Assembly (NCBI GenBank): GCA_964499705.1
Contig: CAZCME010000023.1
Span: 59,398-79,397 of the forward strand
DNA: 20,000 nucleotides
Direction of reading: 5' to 3'
From: an uncultured bacterium
GTDB taxonomy: Bacteria; UBA8481
In this document: positions 7,026-14,876 of the stretch, one piece after another
How the letters are laid out: each line of letters begins with the position of its first letter
Position numbering within the stretch: position 1 is the first letter of the stretch
Notes under the pieces: model-generated
The model's database searches: none
Told to the model about the DNA's origin: nothing
Seen by the model: only the letters and a program-made list of their open reading frames with translations
Position numbers and translations under genes: made by a program

Positions 7026-8422
7026 CACTCGGCCAGGACCCAGGTGTCCTTGATCATGCCGCCGGAGGAACTGTTCACGATGCGCGTGCCCTCCTGCGCC
7101 ACGCGCGTGATACCGCCCGGCATAACCCATGCTCCACCAGGCCGTGATACAACATACGTGCGGATATCGACAAAGGTATCCTTCAGCCGGATCCGATCGC
7201 CCTCGTATTTCGAAAGACAGTGCGTGGAAAAATCGAGGCATTCCTGCGCGATGAAGCGGCCGGGTTCCTCCTCCAGCCGTTTCCGGAACTGGTCGCGCAT
7301 CTCCGCTGTAGCCTCCGGACCGATCAAAAGGTCGTGGCCGCCGTATCCGTCGCGGGATTTCACGACGAGTTTCGCGATATTGTCGAGAATATAGCGCCGT
7401 GACTCCGGATCGAGCGGGGAATACGTCGTCGCGATCGGAAGTATCGGATCCTCTCCCGTGTAGTATTTGACGATCCGCTCCGTGTAGGGAAATGTTCCCT
7501 TGTCGTCGACGACACCGGAACCCCAGGAGTTGGCAAGATTGACCTGCCCCCTCACGTACGCCTGCGAAAGCCCGGGCACGAAGTAGTCCAGATCCTGGAT
7601 CCTGCGGTAAATCACATCGACGCGGCGGCGGGTGTTCGACGTCGAAAGCCAGACGACATGGTCGGAATCGACTTCCAGGTCGACAGGTTCCACAAGCGGA
7701 AGGCCCATGCGCTCCGCGAGTATCTTATGGTCATAGTATGCGGCGTTGTAGGATCCTTCCGTCAGAAGAACGACGAAGGGTTCTCCTTCCCGCGGCGAGA
7801 CGGCCTGCAGAGCTTCCCTCAGGCGCTGGGGATAATCGCCGACGGGGCGCACCGCATAGCCCGTGAAGCATTCCGTGAAGAGCCTCTTGGATATTTCGCG
7901 GTATTTGAGCGCGTACGATGCTCCGGATGGTATACGCGTGTTGTCTTCCAGAATGACGTATCGCCCTTCGCCCATGTGGACGAGATCGGGGCCGTAGATG
8001 TGAATATGAATATCGTGGGGAACGGAAAAGCCGGCGCAATCGGGATAATAATACAAGGAGCTCTTGACGATCTCGTCCGGCACGATCGTCTGCCTGCCGC
8101 GGTAGAGGTCGGCCAGCCATGCGTTCAGGGCCGTGACGCGCTGCGTGAGCCCGCGCTCGATGCGGTCCCAATCCTTCGCGGATATGATCCGGGGAACCCA
8201 GTCGACCGGAAGAATTCTTTCCTCACCGGGCTTCAGAAGAAATGTGACGCCCTCCTGGATGTTCAGTTCGTCAGCTCGCCTGTCCCTGTCCAGCATGGCA
8301 TCGCCGCCGATCGAAGCGAGCGTTGACAAGAGAGTGCGATACAAAGGACGCGGCGCTTCACCCTCGAACATTTCATTGGGGGAGGCGGAGATCGTGCGAG
8401 AATATTCAATCCTGCCTTGCAT
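7025..8422 (-). CDS. Circularly permuted type-2 ATP-grasp protein (DUF404/DUF407-like putative peptide ligase)
   Basis: Motifs PVDWVPRII, IERGLTQR, ILEDNTRIPSGASY, VDVIYRRI, GSGVVDDK, KSRDGYGG, PGGITRV and VNSSSGGMIKDTWV. Confidence 0.93.
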   Translation of the reverse strand: MQGRIEYSRTISASPNEMFEGEAPRPLYRTLLSTLASIGGDAMLDRDRRADELNIQEGVTFLLKPGEERILPVDWVPRIISAKDWDRIERGLTQRVTALNAWLADLYRGRQTIVPDEIVKSSLYYYPDCAGFSVPHDIHIHIYGPDLVHMGEGRYVILEDNTRIPSGASYALKYREISKRLFTECFTGYAVRPVGDYPQRLREALQAVSPREGEPFVVLLTEGSYNAAYYDHKILAERMGLPLVEPVDLEVDSDHVVWLSTSNTRRRVDVIYRRIQDLDYFVPGLSQAYVRGQVNLANSWGSGVVDDKGTFPYTERIVKYYTGEDPILPIATTYSPLDPESRRYILDNIAKLVVKSRDGYGGHDLLIGPEATAEMRDQFRKRLEEEPGRFIAQECLDFSTHCLSKYEGDRIRLKDTFVDIRTYVVSRPGGAWVMPGGITRVAQEGTRIVNSSSGGMIKDTWVLAE

Positions 8423-8475
8423 GTGTGTATTGAATCACAAGAGGGGCCGATCATCAACTGATTGGATGAGGATTG

Positions 8476-8817
8476 TTATTGCAGTGAATCTATGTACTGG
8501 GGATCCATCGGTCCGGAGCGAAGATAGGAATCGCGAAAGATGTGCGCCGCCGCGCCGGCGGACATGTCGGCGGCCGAAACTCCAAAGGGCGATCGCTCGG
8601 GTATCGGTTTCGTCACCTGGAAAAGACGCTTCGAGGGATATGTTCCCCTGAAATCATACGTCGCCGTCGTCTCGGAAATGCGAACGACCCGTATACGGGG
8701 AGGATCGATGATATTTTTTCGTGAGGAGGGTTGTACTCGATCGGCAGCGTCCGGTTCCGGTACGCCGCGGCTCCGCAATGTCCCGGACGCGACAGAGATG
8801 ATTCGGGTCCCGCTCAT
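8476..8817 (-). CDS. Hypothetical protein, 113 aa
   Basis: Strong GGAGG RBS upstream of the ATG; co-directional with the ATP-grasp cluster; no recognisable domain. Confidence 0.5.
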   Translation of the reverse strand: MSGTRIISVASGTLRSRGVPEPDAADRVQPSSRKNIIDPPRIRVVRISETTATYDFRGTYPSKRLFQVTKPIPERSPFGVSAADMSAGAAAHIFRDSYLRSGPMDPQYIDSLQ

Positions 8818-8926
8818 CCTTGTTTCCCTCCCGGGCCGATTGCCCGTTTCCCATCCGTGCTTCGTCGACGTTTTTTATCTGTGACGCGCCAACAAAGGAA
8901 TTTTACATCATGCGTCGGAGAAGAGG

Positions 8927-8952
8927 AAAAAAAAAGCCGCCTGAAAGGCGGC
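8927..8952 (-). terminator. Intrinsic terminator
   Basis: On the minus strand, GCCGCCT-TTC-AGGCGGC followed by T9. Confidence 0.8.
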
Positions 8953-8964
8953 CAAGAAGGCGGT

Positions 8965-9009
8965 GCTATTGAATTAATCATCGATTTCAGCATCGATAAT
9001 GTCAATAGC
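8965..9009 (-). other. 45-bp imperfect inverted repeat (RNA hairpin or operator)
   Basis: Minus strand GCTATTGA-C-ATTATCGAT-GCTGAA-ATCGATGAT-TAAT-TCAATAGC. Confidence 0.7.
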
Positions 9010-9016
9010 GGAAAAC

Positions 9017-9047
9017 ATTATAATGATGGGATCATCGCCGTATACAA
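9017..9047 (-). promoter_or_regulatory. Putative sigma70-type promoter
   Basis: TTGTAT (9047-9042)-N19-TATAAT (9022-9017); the spacer is long and contains the dyad ATGAT-CCC-ATCAT. Confidence 0.35.
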
Positions 9048-9205
9048 CTGATATATTACAATTTACATACAATATTCACACATTTTCAACCGCTCCTATG
9101 TAGTCATAATGGCATCAGCGCTGTATGACCTGCAACTACCGTATTTTTAGAAATTATACGCGAGATTATTGGAGTTATACGCTGGTATGATCATCGCAGG
9201 CTGCC

Positions 9206-10987
9206 ATGAACGCATCAGAAGAATGGGAACGGAATTTCAAGACTTTGCCCGTTTTGATCCGGCAATGCATTGAAAAAATCAAGACGAATCCAGTTCGCCT
9301 TCGCCAGCTGGAATTTCATCTCGATTCCACATCACGGGAAACTTCCGCATGGAGCATGCTGACTTCGGCCACGGTCATCCTTGGCGAAGCGGGATCTGGT
9401 AAAACACAATCGCTCTCAAAAACTTATGCTCTGCTGGTCGCCCTCGGCGTGGATCCTTCCCGGATCTTCGCTCCTCACGCGACGGCGCACGCCGCCGCCG
9501 CCATGACCATCCGCGTACAAAACCTGATCGACATTCCGTCCTTCTTTCCCGATGCCCGCACGTGGATCACAACCTTCAGGGCCGCGTCACTCCGAATCCT
9601 GCGGGATCATCCTGGTTTTCCATCGCGTCCTGACGTCCTGGTGTCCTTGCGGGATCTGCTGCTGACGGAACGCGGCCAGCGTCCGCGGTATGATGTCCTC
9701 CTGCTCGATGACGCCGAGGATCTGACGCCGATGCAGATTCAGCTCCTGGAACTTCTCCATCACGACACGGCGATCGTCCTTATCGCGGGAGACGCCGATG
9801 CGTCGATCGCCTCATGGCGCGGGGCCGACGGCGGGAGTCTCTCGCGTCTCGTCCGCCTGTTGCCGGGAGCAAGATCGGTGCGCATGGAGCGACGTGGAGG
9901 CAATGACAGGATCACGATGGCCGCGCGTCATCTGAGAAGCGCGAGCATCCAATATGAAGCGGAAAGCTCCCGTTGTCCCGCGACAGCGTTGCGGATCGTT
10001 CAATGCTCATCCCCGCGCTCGGAAGCATCCGCGATCTCCTGCGCCATCTCCGACCTTTTACGCGACGGAGTCGACGCTGCGCGCATCGCGATTCTGGGCC
10101 GGCTCCATTTCGTCCTGGACACCATCGCCGAGACGATGCGCGACATGGGGCTGCGCTGCTCCAAAACACCGCGGGCAGGCCTGCAAATGAACAGCTCCTG
10201 GATCGGCCCGATCGCTCTCCTGGAAGCCTGCGCGCTCGCCGCACGCTCCGAGAGCATTTTTTCTCCCGGCGACGATCTCGCCTTCAACGCCGCCATGCAT
10301 GCGTCGCTGCAATCGCTCGGCGTCGATCCCGGACCTGCCGCTCTTCCGAAGCAGCTTCGATCCGCGTTCCGGAATTTTCGATCCCGCCCGGAGATCTTTC
10401 CAAAGGCGGGCACTGCCTGCCTGCGCGCCCTTGAAAGGATCGCCGCCTTTTCGGACGATGCCGCGCACAGCAGGATCTGGGCTCCCTCCGTGATCCTGGA
10501 CAGAGCGCTCCTCTTCTTTGACGGCAACGACGACGCCGGAGCGCTCCGCGAGTTCGCCAGGTCCATCCGTATCGAAGGGATTGAGGACGGCGTCGAAACG
10601 ATCCTGGAGTTCACCCGCCGCGCACGGGAGCGCTTCGGTTCCTGGGACGAGGGCGCGGAGCCCGGCGGCTCCGGAGATACCGCTCATCTCAACGCCGTCA
10701 GGCTCCTCACTCTCCATGCCTCCAAAGGCCGCTCCTTCGATCACGTTTTCATCGCCGGCTGCGAGGAAACGTTGATCCCCTTTCTCGACGGCGACGACGG
10801 CCGGCCAGGAGCATCCGTAATGGCGGAGGAACAACGGCTGCTGTATGTCGGAGTGTCCACGGCGCGCCTCGGCCTGGTCTTCACATGGTCTTCGACCAGG
10901 AACCATGACGGCAGAATCCGGCGGAGGAACATTTCGCCTTTCCTCGCGGCGCTTCCCCGAGCGCTCGCTACGCGGGAGTCGATCTAG
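9206..10987 (+). CDS. UvrD/PcrA (SF1A) helicase-like protein with degenerate catalytic motifs
   Basis: GEAGSGKT (I), LLDDAED (II), GDADASIASWRGA (III), AILGR (IVa), LTLHASKGRSF (V), EEQRLLYVGVSTAR (VI). Confidence 0.85.
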   Translation: MNASEEWERNFKTLPVLIRQCIEKIKTNPVRLRQLEFHLDSTSRETSAWSMLTSATVILGEAGSGKTQSLSKTYALLVALGVDPSRIFAPHATAHAAAAMTIRVQNLIDIPSFFPDARTWITTFRAASLRILRDHPGFPSRPDVLVSLRDLLLTERGQRPRYDVLLLDDAEDLTPMQIQLLELLHHDTAIVLIAGDADASIASWRGADGGSLSRLVRLLPGARSVRMERRGGNDRITMAARHLRSASIQYEAESSRCPATALRIVQCSSPRSEASAISCAISDLLRDGVDAARIAILGRLHFVLDTIAETMRDMGLRCSKTPRAGLQMNSSWIGPIALLEACALAARSESIFSPGDDLAFNAAMHASLQSLGVDPGPAALPKQLRSAFRNFRSRPEIFPKAGTACLRALERIAAFSDDAAHSRIWAPSVILDRALLFFDGNDDAGALREFARSIRIEGIEDGVETILEFTRRARERFGSWDEGAEPGGSGDTAHLNAVRLLTLHASKGRSFDHVFIAGCEETLIPFLDGDDGRPGASVMAEEQRLLYVGVSTARLGLVFTWSSTRNHDGRIRRRNISPFLAALPRALATRESI

Positions 10988-12078
10988 GACCGGGAAGGCG
11001 CGCGAACGGCGCCAAGAATGATGGCGGCCGCGCCCGCGACACGGGCAATGATGAGAGCATTGGCCGAGAGCGACAGGACGGCCAGGGCCACGCCAAGCGC
11101 CGGCACGACATGTTTCGCGAGACCATACTCGTTCCGCGTGAAGATCATGGCCCCCATCAACGCCACATAGGCCGCGAGGCCGCACAAACCGGATTCCGCA
11201 TAAAACATCATGTAGCACGATTCGTACACCGAGGAGGGACGCGATCCCGGACCCGCTCCGGTTAATACAGGCGTTTCCCTCAATACAATGGTCCACGAAG
11301 TGAGCCGGTCCACATGAGGTCCGCTGTAATCGCGGCGCACCTGAAGGATATCCTTCCAACGGCTGATCGTGCCGTACGGGGCGAACACGAGAAGCGCGAG
11401 CCCGACTGCCGCCACGAGAAGGAGCTCCCGATAACGCCGCATGACGATGAGAATCCTGCCGTGCGACACGGCGGCGGCGGCAAACGAGGCGCGCGAGCCG
11501 GACAGGAGTATGGAAACAAAACTCGCGAGCGCGGGCCATGACGAGGCGCCGATGGAAGCCGTCGCGAAGACCGAAAGAATCACCAGCGCTCCCGCCACAT
11601 GATTCGCTTCGCCCGAAAACACTCCTGAGTTGAAAACCCTGTGATATTCCGTGACCGTGAAGAATTGGATGTACGCCATTTCGCCGAGCGACCAGGCCAG
11701 CAACAGGACGATGCAGGCCACGGCGCTCATCCTGAGCGTTCCTGCCGTTTCGGAGCAATGCGCCGTGATACAGTAGAGCACCGCCAGCTCCGCCAGCCTC
11801 CCCACCATGAGAGCGCATCCTGCTCCACGTTCGTTCATGCCCGTCGCCAGGGAAATCAGTGCGGCCACGGAGGAGATCATGAGAAGCGTCAGATAAATTT
11901 TCTCCATGGCGTTCAGCCGTATCGCGCGCGCTCGAATCCAGGAAGGGATGAACCAGGCGAGGACGGCGGCCGCGAGGAGGTCTCCCAGCCGCACCGGTCC
12001 CAGCACGGGCGGCGAAAAGACGAACGCCGGCAGAAGAAGAGACGGCAGATATTTTCGATTCTTCCAGTTCCATTCCAT
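10984..12078 (-). CDS. O-antigen ligase (WaaL/Wzy_C)-like polytopic membrane protein
   Basis: Many TM segments; GVFSGEANHVAG, LLSGSRAS, DRLTSW...PVLTGAGPG and YAESGLCG. Confidence 0.72.
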   Translation of the reverse strand: MEWNWKNRKYLPSLLLPAFVFSPPVLGPVRLGDLLAAAVLAWFIPSWIRARAIRLNAMEKIYLTLLMISSVAALISLATGMNERGAGCALMVGRLAELAVLYCITAHCSETAGTLRMSAVACIVLLLAWSLGEMAYIQFFTVTEYHRVFNSGVFSGEANHVAGALVILSVFATASIGASSWPALASFVSILLSGSRASFAAAAVSHGRILIVMRRYRELLLVAAVGLALLVFAPYGTISRWKDILQVRRDYSGPHVDRLTSWTIVLRETPVLTGAGPGSRPSSVYESCYMMFYAESGLCGLAAYVALMGAMIFTRNEYGLAKHVVPALGVALAVLSLSANALIIARVAGAAAIILGAVRAPSRS

Positions 12079-12086
12079 CGAATGAA

Positions 12087-12536
12087 TCAGGGTTCACCGC
12101 CATCCGGTTGAACGCTCAGGATGATGCCCTCCATCGCATACGTGGACGTGTGAAACATGAAGGAGGCTCCGGGCAGGACTCGCCCGTAGTTGTACCAGAT
12201 CGCTCCTTCGGGATCGACCCTGGCTGTCAATCGAAATACCGCCCTGGGCGAGTTCGTGTCGGTATCCGCCAGTGCGAGGCGCACGAATTCCGCCCTGTCC
12301 CGCCCTCCTTCCGGTTCTTCAAAATCTCCCGCGCAGGGCATTTCTGATAAGGGCGGCCGCCGCCATGGATAGGGCACGGCCAGTTCCACCATAAACGTCC
12401 GGCGAAGTGTCAAATCGGTGAGATGGCGGGAGACCGCGTCCGGATGGCGAATCCTGATGAACAAGCCGGCGAGGATGGCCAGGAGCGCGAGAAAAATCGC
12501 GGCATCCGTCAGACGAATCGATTTCAGTATCCGCAT
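12087..12536 (-). CDS. Membrane-anchored hypothetical protein, DUF4330-like
   Basis: N-terminal TM segment (DAAIFLALLAILAGLF); C-terminal beta motif GRVLPGASFMFHTSTYAMEGIILSV. Confidence 0.6.
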   Translation of the reverse strand: MRILKSIRLTDAAIFLALLAILAGLFIRIRHPDAVSRHLTDLTLRRTFMVELAVPYPWRRPPLSEMPCAGDFEEPEGGRDRAEFVRLALADTDTNSPRAVFRLTARVDPEGAIWYNYGRVLPGASFMFHTSTYAMEGIILSVQPDGGEP

Positions 12537-12607
12537 TAATCCAGTATAGTGGTCTCCGTCCTTCGCATCATCACTCGTTTTCCCGCGGGAAGAGGACGGA
12601 CACCACT

Positions 12608-13111
12608 ATGATTCGAGCCCTTCGATATCTCGGCGACCCGGTGCTCCGGAAGCACGCCGATCCCGTGAAGAAAATCGGACCCGAGATCCGCAAGCTCATC
12701 GACGACATGTTCGAGACGATGGACGCGGCCCACGGCATCGGCCTCGCGGCTCCCCAGGTCGGCGTGATGAAACGGGTGATCGTGACCAACGTTCCGGAGG
12801 AGGACGGCTCCTTCACGCGCGGAGCCCTGATCAATGCCGAGATTGTCTCCTTCGAGGAAGAGACGGAGCTGTTCGAGGAAGGATGCCTCTCCATCCCGCA
12901 TGTGCGCGCGGACGTGGACCGGCCGGTCGGCATCCGCGTGCGCGCGATCGACGGCAACGGCAGGAAAGTCGATTTTCTCGCGTCCGATCTCTATGCGCGC
13001 TGCATCCAGCACGAAGTCGACCACTTGAACGGCGTTCTCTTCATCGACCGCGCCGGCATATCGGAGAAGAAAGCCCTGAAGATGATGCAGACGGCCGAAG
13101 AGGACGAGTAA
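12608..13111 (+). CDS. def: Peptide deformylase
   Basis: Motifs GIGLAAPQ, EGCLS and QHEVDHLNG. Confidence 0.98.
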   Translation: MIRALRYLGDPVLRKHADPVKKIGPEIRKLIDDMFETMDAAHGIGLAAPQVGVMKRVIVTNVPEEDGSFTRGALINAEIVSFEEETELFEEGCLSIPHVRADVDRPVGIRVRAIDGNGRKVDFLASDLYARCIQHEVDHLNGVLFIDRAGISEKKALKMMQTAEEDE

Positions 13112-13120
13112 GCTTTTCGC

Positions 13121-14053
13121 ATGAAGATCGTCTTCGCGGGGACTCCCGAGTTCGCATCCGTCATTCTCCAGGAGCTTCTCGACCACGATGACGCCTTCGA
13201 GTTGACGGGCGTTCTCTCTCAGCCGGCGCGGCCGCGCGGCAGGGGGCTTCATGTCGAACCGTCCGAAGTGGAGCGGCTCGCGCGAGAACGAAGCCTGCCG
13301 CTCGCGACTCCCGCCGCCTGGAACCAGGACGCCTCGGACGCGCTCGCTTCGTGGGCTCCCGACATCCTGGTGACGGCCGCCTACGGCATGATCCTGCCCC
13401 GCGAAGCCTTCTCCGCGCCTCCCCTGGGCGCGATCAACGTGCATGCGTCGCTGCTGCCGCGATGGCGCGGAGCGGCGCCCATCCAGCGCGCCATCGAGGC
13501 GGGCGATCCCGCGACAGGCATCTCCATCTTTCAGATCGGCGAAGGGGTCGACACCGGGCCGGTCTACGCGCGCGCCTCGACACCGATCGAGCCGGACGAA
13601 ACGTCGGCAGATCTGTCCCGGAGGCTCGCGGCGCTCGGCGCGGAACTTCTGCCGGAAACGCTGAAGGGGATCTCATCGGGAGCGCTCCGTGCCGAAGCGC
13701 AATCCGCCGAAGGTGTGACGAGAGCGAGGAAGTTGCGAAAGGTGGAAGGGCACCTTTCATGGAGCGAACCGGCATCCGTCATTCATCGGAAATGGCGGGC
13801 GTATCATCCCTGGCCCGGAGTCACGATCGGAGACATCAAGCTGATCGAGATCGAACGCACGAGCCCCGAAAATGACGGGGAAGGCGGACACGAGGAACAT
13901 CCCGGCGAAATTCTCTCGGTCTCTCCTCTCCTTGTCGCCTCATCCCACGGGTCTCTGCGGCTCAACCTGGTCCAGCGCAGCGGAGGCCGCGTCATGAACG
14001 GCGCCGACTACGCGAACGGCCGAAGGCTCGCGGTGGGAGACATTCTCTCATGA
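13121..14053 (+). CDS. fmt: Methionyl-tRNA formyltransferase
   Basis: MKIVFAGTPEF, AAYG and NVHASLLPRWRGAAPIQRAI; follows def. Confidence 0.97.
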   Translation: MKIVFAGTPEFASVILQELLDHDDAFELTGVLSQPARPRGRGLHVEPSEVERLARERSLPLATPAAWNQDASDALASWAPDILVTAAYGMILPREAFSAPPLGAINVHASLLPRWRGAAPIQRAIEAGDPATGISIFQIGEGVDTGPVYARASTPIEPDETSADLSRRLAALGAELLPETLKGISSGALRAEAQSAEGVTRARKLRKVEGHLSWSEPASVIHRKWRAYHPWPGVTIGDIKLIEIERTSPENDGEGGHEEHPGEILSVSPLLVASSHGSLRLNLVQRSGGRVMNGADYANGRRLAVGDILS

Positions 14054-14853
14054 TCGACCTTCACTCACACATCATTCCCGGCGTGGACGACGGCTCTCCC
14101 GATTACGAGACCTCCCTGGCCATGCTGGAAATCGCCGCGGAGGACGGGATCAGGACGATCGCCGGAACGCCTCATTTCATTCCCGGCGCTTTCGCGCCGT
14201 CCGCCGCCGAGGTCCGCACAGCGGTCGGGCTGCTGAAGGAAAAGGTGAAGGCGGCGGGGATCGATATCGAGATCACGGGAGCCCACGAGGTGAGGACCGC
14301 CGCGGGACTCTTGCAAAAACTCCGGAATGATGAAATACTCACCTACGATAAGTCGAAACGGTATCTGCTCCTCGAAATGCCGGGTTCCAGCATCCCGGCC
14401 TGGATGGACAAGCTGATCTTCGAGCTCGAGGTGGGCGACATCATCCCTGTCATTGCGCATCCCGAACGCAACGCGGGCGTGATCAAGAATCCCATGCTCT
14501 TTTACGAGCTCGTTCAGAAGGGGTGCCGCTCGCAGATCACGGCGGGATCAATCACGGGCCGGTTCGGCGAGCGCGTCCGGGAAACGGCGCATCTGTTGCT
14601 GCGCCACCGGATGGCGCATATCGTCGCCTCCGACGCCCACGACGCGGAGGACCGGACTCCGGTGCTCTCGATGGCGCGAGCCACGGTCGCGGAGATGCTG
14701 GGGGAGCCCACGGCGAAAGCGCTCTTTGAAGTGAATCCCAGGAGGATTCTCGACGGCGATGAGTTTTACGCGCCGGATCCGAAGCCGATCGAGGAAGATG
14801 AAGAAAAGGACAGTGCTCTCTTCGGATTGTTCCGGCGGCTGTTCGAAAAGTAG
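14050..14853 (+). CDS. CpsB/CapC/YwqE-family PHP-domain tyrosine phosphatase
   Basis: MIDLHSHIIPGVDDG, TPH, IAHPERN and ASDAH. Confidence 0.92.
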   Translation: MIDLHSHIIPGVDDGSPDYETSLAMLEIAAEDGIRTIAGTPHFIPGAFAPSAAEVRTAVGLLKEKVKAAGIDIEITGAHEVRTAAGLLQKLRNDEILTYDKSKRYLLLEMPGSSIPAWMDKLIFELEVGDIIPVIAHPERNAGVIKNPMLFYELVQKGCRSQITAGSITGRFGERVRETAHLLLRHRMAHIVASDAHDAEDRTPVLSMARATVAEMLGEPTAKALFEVNPRRILDGDEFYAPDPKPIEEDEEKDSALFGLFRRLFEK

Positions 14854-14876
14854 GAAACGGAAGTGATTGATAGACC

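Noticed and set aside
7026..7241. 72-aa N-terminal extension of alpha-E given in the ORF track
   Set aside because: It overlaps the ATP-grasp C-terminus; the TGATG junction gives a better start at 7025.
8974..9072. 32-codon acidic minus-strand ORF (TTG start, LYVNC...AEIDD)
   Set aside because: No properly spaced RBS, and it overlaps promoter-like and palindromic features that explain the sequence better; not fully excluded.
8953..9205. oriC or dif site in the AT-rich island
   Set aside because: Only one imperfect DnaA-box-like 9-mer (9072-9080). A XerD-like half site (minus strand GTATGTAAATT) has no matching XerC arm.
14854..14876. glmS ribozyme upstream of glmS
   Set aside because: Only 23 bp separate glmS from the upstream CDS, leaving no room.
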